Below, piece by piece: positions 21,273-33,571 of a stretch of 64,000 nucleotides of DNA; position 1 is the stretch's first letter; each line of letters starts with the position of its first letter. A program made the position numbers and the translations under genes. The notes under the pieces are model-generated. The model made no database searches. It saw nothing but the letters and a program-made list of their open reading frames with translations, and was not told the DNA's origin. Source of the DNA: Curvularia clavata (Eukaryota); NCBI GenBank assembly GCA_023920165.1, contig CP089279.1, positions 930,001 to 994,000 of the forward strand. Direction: 5' to 3'.

Positions 21273-23890
21273 TCACGCTCCAGCCTCCTTGAAGAGCTTG
21301 ACAATCCATTCACTCGAAGTTGACCAATGAGCCGAGGCAAACCCTGTAAGTGGTGGTTGGAAGCGATCTAGGAAAAAGAAAGACCTGTCAGTACCGGTTG
21401 CTTGCAGGAGTGGGGAGAGACGGAGAATGCCGACCACTTACCGGGATTGTTGCGATCAAAAAAATTGGCGATTGATGTAACATACTGGAAACCTTCTGCG
21501 TCAATGTGACCACGCTCGCGCAATTCGTCCGGGTTATCACGTGCTAATTTAAATGGCGAATAACCTCGGAGAATACAGCGCCAATGGTAGAGAAGGACAG
21601 GGAAGGCAAATTCCCACTTTTTGATCTGCGTTGTGACTACGTTGCTGACCTGATTTTCAAGCAACTAGTGCTGAGGTTAGTGAAAAAGCAATTTGATATT
21701 GCTGATGAGCAACTCACTGTACCATTCTTTGATTTGATGTAGTCTTGGGCTCCGTGATGAATGTACTCCAGGTTCCAGAAGATGACATAGAAGGTCAGAA
21801 ACAGCTCGTACCACGGCTTGATCTTAGGCTTGAAGATGAGTGTAGCTAGTTCCTTGACGAACAGCTTCTCTAGCTTCCGCAAGTACTTGACAGCAGCAAC
21901 ATCCATCTGGTGAGTGATTGCACCGGGGAGTGGACGGTCGCAAGACCCCCGATCATATGCCTCGTAGTCGCTGTGACCCAGCCTGGAAAAGTCGTATTCG
22001 CGTATTCCCGGTATGTTGGGTGACACGACTGAGCCATAGCCCTGGGAAACGACGGAGAGACACTGCAGCCGCATGGCTAAATCGAGGGCTTTGCTGCCTG
22101 TTACTCTCCGCATGCGGATCACTTCCTGGTAGGTGCTATAGGCAATCTGGTCGCGGCTAATGCGAGCAAATATCCACTCTTCAATGGCAGGCTGAAGGCT
22201 AGAAAAGTATCTTTCCACTGTCATCACGAGGTTTGCCGTGTCGTACACGGCATATGCTGGTTGCTCGACAGTAGGCACTTGTCCTTCTCTGTTCGACCAG
22301 ACAGACGTAGCAACGTCGAGCGGGCCGCGCTTTGGGCAGTATGGCCGAAAGGCGATGCGTAGAGGCTGCGCATTTGGTATGGGACCGTAGGCTGGGAGGT
22401 TCCAAATGATTTCCATTTCATACAGCTGACTGTTGTGTATCCAGTCGTAGCCCAGGAACTCGGCCTCTTCTTGGTGTTCACGTCCATTACCTATTGCACA
22501 GTGAGCAATCAATCATGGCTAGCTGGCTGTAGAGACGTACAGCGCCGGATAAGACTGGCATCTTCGAGGTGTTCTCGGTAGCATGGCTCACGGAAGGACC
22601 TGGCATGGCCAGTGATCTTCTCGCACTTTTCACACGGGTCACCTTCGTCACACTAGATGCGTCAGCCTAGGGGAGACAGTACACAATGAGCGTAGGCACA
22701 TACACCAGACTTGTAGAACCTGCAGCGGACGCATATGCGCTTAGTCTTGCGCATAGTATGCGTCTTCTCCCTCTGTCTCTCTTGAAGTGGACCTTTCCGC
22801 TTGGAGACCTTGAGCTTCTCCTGTCGCTCTACAAACGACGAAGGCACCTTGGCTACCTTCTTCTTGGGGGGCGGCCGGTGGTGCGGTATCAGCTGTGTGT
22901 TTGGTCGTTCCAAATGCTCTACAGGGGCAGGCTGTGGGGCGTAGAGTTGGTGGTCAGCGGCAGCTTCTGCGATGGGCCAGTCCTGTGCTATGTTGGGAGG
23001 TCGCTCATAGATGGCAGGGGCACTTTGGGGTTCGCTCTGCTCCACCATGGGCCATGGAGCGGTGGTGATGGTGCTATCATGGCGGGTTACTGGTAGAGTG
23101 GATGCAATGGCGTCACTGGTGTGGTCTGGATAGGGGGCGTGGTTTGCCCAAGTGGCAGCATGGTGCAATGGCTGTTGGGGTTCATGGCTTGTGTGCAGCA
23201 AGACAGCCTGGGAATGCGAGTGTGATGGCGACGGGACTGGGGGCAGTTTCTGAGCATTGTTCGAGTACGGTGGGTCAACCGTGGTGGTGGGGGCGTCCTG
23301 CGAAGACTTAGCGTAGAGCCAGCACCATAAGCGTAGTGTGCACTTACTGCTGAGATGCGCAATGAATGGAAATGGCCGTGGGGGGCCAACGACAGGGCGG
23401 GTTCCGTGTTTAGCACTGGCTGATGATGATGATGGTGCTGATGGTGTTGATGTTCGTGGTGCTGGTGCTGGTGCTGGTGCTGTTGGTAGTGGCGAGAAAT
23501 GGCGGGCAGTTGGTGATGGGGCACAGGCGCGCTCCCCTCAGCCTCGCCGTACGATACAGAAGCGCGCTCTGCATACGTCTCATCGGGCTGCTGGTGCTGC
23601 TGCCACTCGTGGGGCCCTTGGTGTCTGACATAGCCAGCCGGCCACGTCGCTGGGGGATGTAAGCTAGCGGAGTCGACTCCGGGCTGGGGGTAGTGGAGAA
23701 AAGCGGCCGTTGATGGGCCGAGGGGGTACGAGTCGTGGGCAACAGCAGTGGCAGCAGCGGCAGCAGCGACAGCATCGTGCTGCCAGGCTGCCAGGCCGGT
23801 CAGCGCATCGTGGGCGGCGGCGGCGGGATAGTCGTGGTAGTGGGGTGGAGTTTGGGCGGGATTCCTGTACTGCGAGCTGGTGGCCGACAT
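21273..23890 (-). CDS. Zn(II)2Cys6 transcription factor with His/Gln/Ala-rich N-terminus; exons 23890-23348, 23297-22704, 22652-22541, 22490-21718, 21664-21442, 21367-21273
   Basis: Spliced Zn cluster KRICVRCRFYKSG|CDEGDPCEKCEKITGHARSFREPC. Five GT-AG introns keep the frame to the TGA at 21273. Confidence 0.85.
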
Positions 23891-25369
23891 GGAGGGCTGG
23901 GCTGCTGGGCTGGGCTGACCTGACCTGACTGCGTGCGGCGGCCTGGAGGAGGCGAGAGTCGTCGTCGTCGTCGGCCTGGCGGTGCTGGCTACAGAGGGCT
24001 GGAGCAGGGGAGGGCCATATAGCGGAGTTTAGGCAGCAGATCGATGCGCTCGCAACTCGACGGTAGCAAAGGCTTAAGGAGTCTCCCACGGCGGCATGCC
24101 GAGAACCTTGGAACCGGACGGCTTCGCACTGTCAGTGCCATGCATGCCTTAGTTTCCGCTAGGGCTGCATCTCCCCGCAAACCCGCCTGTCTAGGGACCA
24201 CCCGGGAGGGCACTTGTTTAGCCTCTGGTGGCACGACAAAGGAACATGCTAGTCGCTCCTACCGACTCAGGCTCGCGCCTGGTGTTGAAAACATTGTCCT
24301 GTCTGCCCTCTCTTCGCCCTTCTAGCGTTGTCACGTCCCTGCATCCATGGCCCTTCTGCCAAGACGACCCGGCCCTTCACTATCTCCGAGGCAAGCGCCC
24401 TCGTGTCTCAACTCCAACCAGCCCCAGCTCTTACCCTCATCTCTTGATCAATCCCTCGCCCGACAATCGGGGCACAGCGCATAAAAAGTGCCCCCTACCT
24501 AGGCCCAACAGCCTCCCGTCATATCTCATCGTGCAGCGGCAATCCCAAAGCCGGATTCCAGGAACGCCCCCTTTTACGTCACACACTGACAACAGACCAC
24601 GCCGCAAATGCTCTCCCAGAGAATCACGTCCTCGCCTGCTGCTCTATGGCTTGCGTAGTGGTACAACTCGAGCCCCATCACTATTGTGTCTCCAGACCAC
24701 ACACGTGCGTCTAACGCTGACACAGTGATGTCACTGACGCATGAAAATACTTACGCCAGTCTGCTAGCCCACCTTTTCCCGAGACCACGGCAATAACAAC
24801 AACCATCATCACAAGCTCTCCCACATCGGTGTGAGACAGTCTTGGCGATCTGCAACCCCGTTAGGTCCCAGCCCGATCTTGCCGTCAAACACGTGGTGGT
24901 AGTGTCTTTGGTACTGCCCATCTTACGCAAATGATCGGTACTGGTACCGAGATTACCATCGTTTTGCCGCAGAGGCAGGGCAACCGCAGGCACCGGCTCA
25001 GGGCGAACCCTCAGTCCAAAAGCAAAAAGACTAGGCCTGCACCATCATGTGTATACACCCGCTGAACCAGTGTCGCGGGTTGGTCCCTAGATCATCGAGT
25101 GCACACCGCACCACCCATGTTCTTGGAAATAAGAAAATTTCGGTCTAGTTATCTCCGTCTGCTTATGCTGAGACTATGCTCGTGAGAAAGTGCCATCTGT
25201 CAGACTTACGGGCGAATATAGTACCTTACTCCAAGAAAACAATGACCAAAGGACGCTAAGCAGCTTAGTTGTAGTATTAGCAGAGGAAATGGCACCCAAC
25301 CTTGCGCCCATGACCCGGAATTAAATGTAAACACAAGAGTAAAACACCACTGTTCACCAACCTCCTTGC

Positions 25370-26208
25370 TCACGATTTGCTCTTCTTCGTCTTGGGCTTC
25401 GTCGTCGTCTTCTTCTTCTCGTCCTCTTTGCTGCTATTATTGTTTTCGTCTTCATCGTACGATTTCCTCTTCCCAGCAGCCACCCGAGCAGATTTTCTCA
25501 CTCCCTCAGTCCTCTCTTTTCCCTTGCCTTTCAATGTCTTTGAATCTCCTTTCTTCGCTCCAGCCTTTGCACCACTCGTCTTCTTCGCTCCCGTGTTGGC
25601 TTTTGTCTCTTGTTTCTGTGCGCTCGGAGGCGCATCTTCATCCTTGTTTTCTTCATCCTGCGCAGACTCGGCGACTTCGTCTTTCTTGCCACCATCTGCC
25701 TTGTCTTCTTTCTTCCCATCGTCTTTATCATCATTCTTCTCCTCCTCTTTCTCTTCAGCCTTCTTCTTACCTGGCGACTTTTCCTGCGGCACCCCCTTCT
25801 TGGGCTCGTTCTTGCTCCCAGGTTCATTCTCATATCCGCCGCCTTTCTTCTCATACTCTTTGGCTAGTTTGCTTGCCTGAAATTTCTATATTAGCATTTG
25901 ATTCTACGCCAGCCACCGCAAAAACGAGCGTTGTGACAAAACAGGAAAAGCATAAAACAGTAGTTTTGTATTCGCAGAAAGAAAGTGAAGCAGACAAGAC
26001 CATACCTTCCAGGCACTCCATTGTCCCTTCCCACCACCATCTTTATTCGTCTCCTGCTTAACTTCTTCCTTGACCTTCTCCCTCAACTTGGGATCCGTCG
26101 GTTTGCCCTTGCTAGACGGCCTAATCGCACAGTCAGCCAAATTCATACAACGATTCATCCCCTTCGCCTCTCCATGCAACACAGAATCAAAGCCGAAAAT
26201 ACATACAT
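25370..26208 (-). CDS. DUF5872-like small domain plus K/E/D-rich disordered tail; exons 26208-26207, 26120-26006, 25876-25370
   Basis: MPSSKGKPTDPKLREKVKEEVKQETNKDGGGKGQWSAWKASKLAKEYEKKGGGYE... The ATG is split AT|G by an intron. Family assignment recalled from the WSAxxxxxLxxEYxxxGGxY motif. Confidence 0.7.
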
Positions 26209-26692
26209 TTCTCTCCTAGACGCGAAAACGTGGTGTATGAGGTGGGAAAACAACAAAGCCCAAAATTACACCCGTAGTACCTAGCGTAAATCAATCACTC
26301 AGCCACCAAGACAACAACAAAAACGTCCCAGGCACATGTAAAGTACCTTCGCAACACAAACCCCCCTGCCAACTCCCCTCTTTATGCTACTTTCCCCCCC
26401 TTTTAAAACCTCACACGTCACCCACCCAATACTTTCCCACCTTTCTAAACGAACCTCGTACTACCAAAAACAAGGTCCAGGGTGGGAAATTAGAAAAACA
26501 TGACATCACGACTAAAAACAATAATGGCGCTAAACTAGCCCTGGAGACAGACTTCAGCCTCACCAGCCTTGCTTGCTTAGAGACGAAGAGACTAAAAGGA
26601 TATGTATGCGTATTGAGTGCAAAAAATCGCGTTTTCTTCGCATATGCTTTTCGTGAAATGGTCATAGTGCAATGATATGGATGGAGAATCTT

Positions 26693-26693
<1 letters not shown>

Positions 26694-26743
<50 letters not shown>

Positions 26744-26746
26744 CAC
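26694..26746. repeat. Poly-A tract (about 36 nt) followed by a (CA)n microsatellite
   Basis: Directly visible; lies just 3' of the APP1-like stop codon. Confidence 0.95.
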
Positions 26747-26807
26747 AATATGATATCAATACCCTGTATATTCCTATACAACACACCAACACCCAAGCTC
26801 TCTATGT

Positions 26808-29800
26808 TTACCTATCCCTCTCATCCACCCTCCTAATCGTCCCCCTTTCCCTCCCATTCCCTCCACTCCCCCCATTCCTCTTCGCATCCCGAACATTCTC
26901 ATCCAATCCCCTCTCCTCTCTCTTAAACCTCCTCTCCGCATCCCTTATAATCCCTACTGCCTCTTCCATAATATCTCCACCTACACGCCACGACCTCAGC
27001 ACCACGCCCTGCTCCCCAAGAACCTGTTCTGCATGTGCCCATCTCTGGCGCCAGAGCATTTCCTTCTTGCTTCCGTATTGCTGCTGCTGCTGCTGCTGTT
27101 GTGCATCGCCGCCAGGTCCACCGAGCGTGCTTCCCGTGCTTGTGCGATTGATAGCTTGGCGGGACGTTGCAGTGGAAAAGGGTTGCGAGGTTTGTGTAGA
27201 AGTAACTTGCGGGCGCGCGTGGTATGGGATAGATGGTGCGTGTTGCCATGCTGATGAGGCTTTGGAGCCCACGTATGAGGCGGCGTTGGTGGCCATGTCA
27301 CGGTTTCCACGACGCGGTGGCGGAGGAGGAGGACCTTTTCGGGCGCTAGAGACTTCGAGGGTGGATGCATTTGAGCTAGGTGTTTCTGTTGATCGCAGCG
27401 CGGGTAGATTGTTGTAGACGGACCAAAGCTTGTCACGGGCCATGCCGGCGTAGGATTGTTGGTCGTCTGGTGGTTGGCTCTCTTGTCGTATCGTTGGCTT
27501 GGGGCCTACCGGAGGCTTTGTAGGCGTAGATGTGCTTGCGTTCCTAGGTACATTTTGCTGTTGCGAGAGCGGACTGGATTGATTCACAGTCGTTGATGTC
27601 AGCCGGGGTTTAGGTGGCTGTGGCTTTGGAGTAGAAGGAGGAGGTGGCTTAGCCAGTGTGGATTCACTCGAGGGACTCCGCAAGGCGACAGGTTTTCTGG
27701 GAGGCGGAGGCGCAGACTTCGTGCTAGCAGTCGATGCGACCGACGCACGATGTTTCTCATTGTCAGCCCTGGTCTCTGAGTTGAATCTTTTTAGTGCTGG
27801 TGACTCTTCTGTGTCGTCGTCAGAGGATAGATCTATCAAGTTCGGCGCTGATTTCTGCTGAGAAGCAGCCTGAAGAGACGGCTTCCTTGCAGGCAACTTG
27901 GGTCGTTGATCCTCATTCCATTCTGGGAAGAGTGATTTGGCGCGTTTGTTATTCTCTGAGTCCATATCGCGCAATGATGCTGCAATTGCGGCCTTGAGTT
28001 CGGGATCGTTCTCTTCAGAGAATGAACGAGCCTTGCTTGGGGCTGATGGACGACCTCCACTGGCGGCTTGCGCTGGTTGTGGAGATGAAGAACGACTGCC
28101 TGATGATGGGGCCACCGATGGGTCAAAGAAGCCTGGACTGTCCGTTGTGGTCACGTCGCGAATGAAGACTGCGACCACTCTTCCAGGGTTTTCAAGGACA
28201 AAATCAGTGTATACCTCGAGATCAGCTTCACCGCTGTCTCCAATCAAGATGAAGTTGCGCTCCGGGAAATCTCTGGCAATCTTGTCCAGTGTGACCTTTT
28301 TCCTCTCTGCAACAGGCTCGAAAATGCCCTGCAACATGCCGCTGTACTGCTTCAGATGGAATGATCCAGGCGGTAGCCCAGCCAGCGAAAAGTATTTCGA
28401 AATGACAGGATAAAGCTGCCAGGGTGAGTTGGAGACGTAATGGAATTTCACTCCCATTTCCGCCATTTTGTTATACCACTCCCTGACACCGTCGATGGTA
28501 AGATCAAGGAGGTCGCGAATGAAGACATTGCGGAAGATCTCACGGGCACCACTGCCAATGGCCGAGTGCTTAATAGTGTCATCAATGTCACTTATCACAC
28601 TGATACCCTGCGAAGCAGTAACGATAACCTCCTCCGTTGCCGAAAGCTTGTCTGATGCTAAGATGCGTACGTGGGTGGGTACAAAGTCTAATGCTGCGCT
28701 TATGCTGAAATGTCCCGCGGCGTCTGTGTACACTGTCCGCTGCTTCGAGATGGTGTCATTGTAGAAGAAAACACTGATGGGTGTGTTGGCCATAGGCATG
28801 GCAAGAAAGTGTCGTAATCGAGCCATGAGGCGGGCATTAGCTTCGGCAAGCTCCGTCGCGCTCATTTCAGAAGGCTGATTCCAAGAGCTGCGTTTCTGAA
28901 GAGGCCTTATGCCAGTCTCACTCCGCAATGAATCCTGTGATGTGCTGTGAGCCAACTGATTGACTCTGTCATTGTTGGGTCGGACAACGCTGCCACTTTC
29001 CGTGCGGTAAAGCTCTATATCATCATTTTGTTTAGCAGGCCTCTCGCTGTAGGCGCCACGTGCAGCAGCTCTTGCTTCGCTTTCGCCCCTACGCAGAATT
29101 TCTTCCGCTTCTCTAGCGGCAATTGCTTCGTCGTGTTGGGCATCGCGGAGGTGGGCTCGTTCCCGGTAACCAGGGCGCTGTGGGCTTGCATCCCGGCTAC
29201 TCTCTGCGGACGAGCCCGAATTTTGCGGAGGAGCCTGTACGCCAACCAGCTGCCGTGCAAGGCCTATGAAGAGTCTCTGTTTCCTCGTCATGGGCCCCTT
29301 GTGTGGCGAATATATCCAGCCACGAACATCAACATCTACTACCGCATTGTCGTCCTCATAGTTGTTCCACTGCTCTCTCCAGAAATCGGCATCTCCCGGG
29401 TTGTTGGATTCGTGTGTATCGCGCCCTTGACCCCCCGCCTCCTGCATTGTCCCTGTCTGTGCTTCTGGCTTCCTCTTGACGTGTCTACGGGCATAGCTAG
29501 GGAACAGCACCATCTCTTCGCGGCCGCTCCTAACGACGGCGGCGTCGGGGAACCCCCCCGGCGTGTCATCCTCGTAGTCGTACTGTGCCTCTCTGTTGCT
29601 CCAGTTCGAGGTGTATTGTTGCGTATAGGTTTGCCTGAGCTCGTTCGCCGCCTTCAGATAGCCGGCCAGCTTTCGCCTCCGCGACCCTGGCTCCCGTGCT
29701 TCGTAGTCCTCGTGATACGACATCGCAGAGTCGCTCAATGCCTTGTCGCCCTGTTGCTTCGCTATCTGCTGTCGTCGTACTCTTGCAGCATCTTCGAGGT

Positions 29801-30059
29801 AACTGCTGCCAGCCAGACGTCGAGTATAGCCTCGCAGGCGCTGGACGATGCTCGGCTTGCCCCGGAGCCTGAGGGACTGGCGATAGAGCAGGTATCTGTA
29901 TATGCGTGACTGGGCCCGGTGCTTGAGTGACGGGAAGGTCTCGTGGCGGAGCTTGGAGAGGTGGATGCGCGCGCGGGCTCGTGTCCGGGGGAAGAGGAAG
30001 CGTAGGATGGACTCGCGGCCTTGGGCAGAGGGCTTACGGCGAAAGGGCAATTTGGGCAT
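26808..30059 (-). CDS. APP1: App1-like Mg-dependent phosphatidate phosphatase (DUF2183 domain) with Pro-rich tail
   Basis: ISDIDDTIK (DxDxT), HYVSNSPWQLY, FILIGDSGEADLEVY, a UIM-like DPELKAAIAASL segment and PPPPPRR SH3-ligand motifs; single 1083-aa ORF; alternative start at 29723. Confidence 0.88.
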   Translation of the reverse strand: MPKLPFRRKPSAQGRESILRFLFPRTRARARIHLSKLRHETFPSLKHRAQSRIYRYLLYRQSLRLRGKPSIVQRLRGYTRRLAGSSYLEDAARVRRQQIAKQQGDKALSDSAMSYHEDYEAREPGSRRRKLAGYLKAANELRQTYTQQYTSNWSNREAQYDYEDDTPGGFPDAAVVRSGREEMVLFPSYARRHVKRKPEAQTGTMQEAGGQGRDTHESNNPGDADFWREQWNNYEDDNAVVDVDVRGWIYSPHKGPMTRKQRLFIGLARQLVGVQAPPQNSGSSAESSRDASPQRPGYRERAHLRDAQHDEAIAAREAEEILRRGESEARAAARGAYSERPAKQNDDIELYRTESGSVVRPNNDRVNQLAHSTSQDSLRSETGIRPLQKRSSWNQPSEMSATELAEANARLMARLRHFLAMPMANTPISVFFYNDTISKQRTVYTDAAGHFSISAALDFVPTHVRILASDKLSATEEVIVTASQGISVISDIDDTIKHSAIGSGAREIFRNVFIRDLLDLTIDGVREWYNKMAEMGVKFHYVSNSPWQLYPVISKYFSLAGLPPGSFHLKQYSGMLQGIFEPVAERKKVTLDKIARDFPERNFILIGDSGEADLEVYTDFVLENPGRVVAVFIRDVTTTDSPGFFDPSVAPSSGSRSSSPQPAQAASGGRPSAPSKARSFSEENDPELKAAIAASLRDMDSENNKRAKSLFPEWNEDQRPKLPARKPSLQAASQQKSAPNLIDLSSDDDTEESPALKRFNSETRADNEKHRASVASTASTKSAPPPPRKPVALRSPSSESTLAKPPPPSTPKPQPPKPRLTSTTVNQSSPLSQQQNVPRNASTSTPTKPPVGPKPTIRQESQPPDDQQSYAGMARDKLWSVYNNLPALRSTETPSSNASTLEVSSARKGPPPPPPRRGNRDMATNAASYVGSKASSAWQHAPSIPYHARPQVTSTQTSQPFSTATSRQAINRTSTGSTLGGPGGDAQQQQQQQQYGSKKEMLWRQRWAHAEQVLGEQGVVLRSWRVGGDIMEEAVGIIRDAERRFKREERGLDENVRDAKRNGGSGGNGRERGTIRRVDERDR

Positions 30060-30420
30060 CTACCGGCAGCCGACTAAACGGCCGTAATTACCCTTTGTAT
30101 GTATAAAGCGAGTTGATGCGTGCAGCGCCGCTGGCAACATGCGCCGCATGTTCTGAGGCGTTGCTGCTTCTTGAAATCAGGAGCACGACGTCATTTGTGG
30201 AGGTGCATTGGAGATCGCGTGGTGCAGCCGTCCCCACCCAAGATGGGATTCAGGAACAAGCACGATTTCCTTCACGAAGATATGTGCAGAAGAAGAGCTC
30301 AGCCAAACATGCACTTTGTCAAAGATGAGACGTATACCGTAATAAAATCATTATATGTCTTGCGAACGAATAAATACGAAGCTGGTGATCGAACACTCTG
30401 TACTTGTGACTCCCTCACGG

Positions 30421-31419
30421 CTATGACAATGCAACATCTATAGCCTTAATGACATTCGGCACATCTTTCTTGAGCGCATCTACAATCTCTTTCCACATTC
30501 TTATCTTGAGTTCTTGCATTTCAGCGCCTTGCAGACTGAGTGGAGTTGGCTGGAACTGGTCATGCTGCCAGAATCGACCGTGAGCCCTTTCTCCCTGAAC
30601 TGCCCCGCTTAATATTGTGTTCGCCCCTTGGGACGGTGTTCGCATGAACATAAAGATGAACAAGAATGCTAGGATGTGTATTCCAGGAAAGAAATGATCT
30701 CGGCCCAGGTTCGTATCGACCCAGCCGGGACAGACGCTCGTCACGATGACGTTGCCAGATGATATCTCGTCAGCGAGCTTTATTGTGGCATATCTGAGGA
30801 ACACTTTAGAGAAGCCGTACTGACGTCCTTCTTTGTGGTTCTCCTTCCTGTTGTAATAGTCGAGCACACTGGGCTCCTGGCGGACCTCCGGCGGAACCAC
30901 GGCTTTCTGGTGGAGACCTGAATTTACCAACTCGAGGACTGGGATCCTGCCGGTGTGTTGTTTCGACTGCCTCAACTTTGGCAATAGCAGGATAGCTAAA
31001 AGCGTTGTAGAGAGTGTGTTGACCTGGATGTCCTCTTCCCATCCATGAGCCGACTGATGGAAAGCGGCCCGCCGAGTGCCAGCGTTCAATACAGCTATGT
31101 CAAGGTGCTCAAGCTCGTTTGCGCGGTTTGCGAAGGCCTCCACACTATCGTACAGCATTAGGTCCAGATCCCAGACTTCGAGTTGGTCCTTTCGCCCCAG
31201 ACGAGCTTCCAAAGCAGCCTTGATTGACTCTCCCTTCCCCAAGTCTCGTGCGGCCATAATGACTTTGGCAGCCCCTAGTTTCGCAAACTTGAAGACTGCC
31301 TCTTTTCCAATGCCAGATGTCGCACCAGTCACAATGATGTTTCGTCCTGTGAAGTCTTCTTTGACTTCTTTTGGTGAATTAACCCATTTGTGCTTGAAGA
31401 CTCTGAACATAGTAGCCAT
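30421..31419 (-). CDS. Short-chain dehydrogenase/reductase (retinol dehydrogenase-like)
   Basis: TGATSGIG Rossmann motif, VLNAG, YGFSK catalytic YxxxK, VCPGWVDT. Confidence 0.9.
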   Translation of the reverse strand: MATMFRVFKHKWVNSPKEVKEDFTGRNIIVTGATSGIGKEAVFKFAKLGAAKVIMAARDLGKGESIKAALEARLGRKDQLEVWDLDLMLYDSVEAFANRANELEHLDIAVLNAGTRRAAFHQSAHGWEEDIQVNTLSTTLLAILLLPKLRQSKQHTGRIPVLELVNSGLHQKAVVPPEVRQEPSVLDYYNRKENHKEGRQYGFSKVFLRYATIKLADEISSGNVIVTSVCPGWVDTNLGRDHFFPGIHILAFLFIFMFMRTPSQGANTILSGAVQGERAHGRFWQHDQFQPTPLSLQGAEMQELKIRMWKEIVDALKKDVPNVIKAIDVALS

Positions 31420-32131
31420 GACTGTTGCGAATGTCGAAGCAGAGTAATTCAGTAGGATGCTAGAATCGAGGCAGGCTGTAGCGAATGCAGTTAAGTTAGA
31501 CCTGACATTCTAATAAAGACAGGCTAAAGAAGGGATGTATGGGAGATGGAGCGTGTACGTCTTACTATGCGGCGTAACTCAGCTCTGATTCGTCCGCTGT
31601 TCTCTGGTTTGATCAATATGTTGACGATGAGCGATGGTGACAGCTAGGCAAGCAGGATGGAGCTGCTGTATACCGCTAGCTTTTATGTTTCTTTCTTCAC
31701 TTAAAATACAACCTAATCCAGGAGCCGGCTTCTTAGCATACTTTGCTTTTGGTGCCGAAGGGTGCATTGGGCTGTGAGCTGTGGTAGGAGGTCCTCTGAG
31801 TGGGCGTGAAGAGTAACGAATCTCTATGATTCTGTTATATATCAAACCTATCTTGTAGAAGAAATGATATATCAAGACGTAAAAACTGCATCAATGCTAT
31901 AGAGGGGTTGAACAGCCTCATAGTAATCGTCGCAACCTCTGGCCCATGACTAGCGTAGGCTTGGCATACGCGAGCGGTTGGCTGCCTCCAAACTACGTAA
32001 ACAGCAAAGGTGACTGCGCAAAGCAACATTCGAACCTCTCGCCATGATTGCGCCTTGCCCATCACCTTCCCGCAATCGCTAAGTAACTCTCCAGGAATAC
32101 CATCATCGCTGCATTGAGCAATCCCCGCCTC

Positions 32132-33006
32132 ATGGCCTTCAACAACCACCAGCCGCCCAGAGGCCCCGCGGCCACAGGACCAGACTTCAATGCCATGCTT
32201 CAGCGCTCCATGCAAGCACCAAACCAACTGCAGCCGCAGATTTCTGAGCTTCCTCGCGGCCCGTCGCCAGGCATGGGTGAGGTCAATCCGCCACTGAAAT
32301 GCTGCACGGCGCAATGCTAATGCGTCACTACAGGCTACGAGGGCGTATATAGTGCCACACCACCACCACAGTCACAGCAGCAACCACATGGACCAAACGT
32401 ACTCGGCGGAGCGCGTGGACTCGCTCCCCAGCCAATACTCCCGGTCGACCTCCCGCCGCAAGCCTTCTTGACCTCGGCCATGCTGCTAGACATGGTGGAC
32501 AGTACGGACACATCTTTGCACAGCGTACTGACAGCACGTTGACATTGTACAGAGAAGGTTGATGTATTGCTCCGCGACGAGAAAGAGTATATTGGTATCC
32601 TACGCTCCTACGACCAGTTTGGTACGTTTACACTTATCGGCCCGCTCCTCTCCCATGTCATGTTAGTTAACAATCTACAGCAAACCTCGTTCTCACAGAA
32701 TGCTACGAGCGGATAGCAGCACGCAACCCAGAAGCTACACCTTCGTCCGACCCCTCGGTTCCCCGGTGGCTGATACACGATGTCAAACTCCCCGGCGTCA
32801 TGACTGTCAGAGGCGAGAACGTCACGATATGCGCAACCGTCGATCTCGACCGAGAAGAATACCCCAGGGGCGCCAAGTTTGCAGAGGAGGATCAAGTCAG
32901 GGCGTTGGCGGCGTCACAAAAAGCAGAGAGGAAGGAGGTAGACTCACGCCGAGCTAAAGCCCTGAGGCAGGCAGGCATTGAGCCCGGATTCGGAATGCAA
33001 GGATAA
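32132..33006 (+). CDS. LSM1: Sm-like protein, Lsm1-like; exons 32132-32276, 32334-32501, 32553-32621, 32681-33006
   Basis: PPQAFLTSAMLLDMVDKKVDVLLRDEKEYIGILRSYDQFANLVLTECYER...VRGENV contains the Sm1/Sm2 motifs plus the C-terminal helix typical of Lsm1. Confidence 0.8.
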
Positions 33007-33571
33007 ATGACTGGTTTGCATCTTGCAAACATAAAAAAAAAGACGAGAAAAATGAGAGATGTGGATGTGAAACGGATATGTAGTAGGCTTAAAAGGCCTG
33101 GATAGCTACATTGGCTGGTTATGATATCAATGATACCAGGACGCCATGTCCACCTGCGATGAAACAATGCTCATGAGTAGTGTGCAAGGCTGAGTCTCGT
33201 CGGCTAGCGCTGGAAAAGCTCGGAACGATATTTCCACCATGTTCTGCTCAGTTGAATATCAGATGCACAATCATGCCTAAATTATGCAGGGATTTCGTTT
33301 ACACAAGCCTCAATACCAGCTACTTATGACCAAATACTGGGCCCTGTTTTACACAACGCAGCTCCAAAGGCGTGACGTAGCGTGACCTGTGCATAAGGTG
33401 TCAAACATAGACCTGCTGACCTACCACAGCTCCAATCGGTGATTTGTCGAAGGAAAAGGAAAAGAAATAAACGGGAATCAAAAGAAAATTATTGAAAGCT
33501 TCCTAGGATGGCAGGAGAAAAAGGAGTGGGTTTGGGGGTAGTCTGTACGTGGTCAGGCTGTGGGTGACGCC

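Noticed and set aside
26694..26746. Poly-A tract as a retroelement tail
   Set aside because: No target-site duplication or element body; a simple repeat in a 3' UTR.
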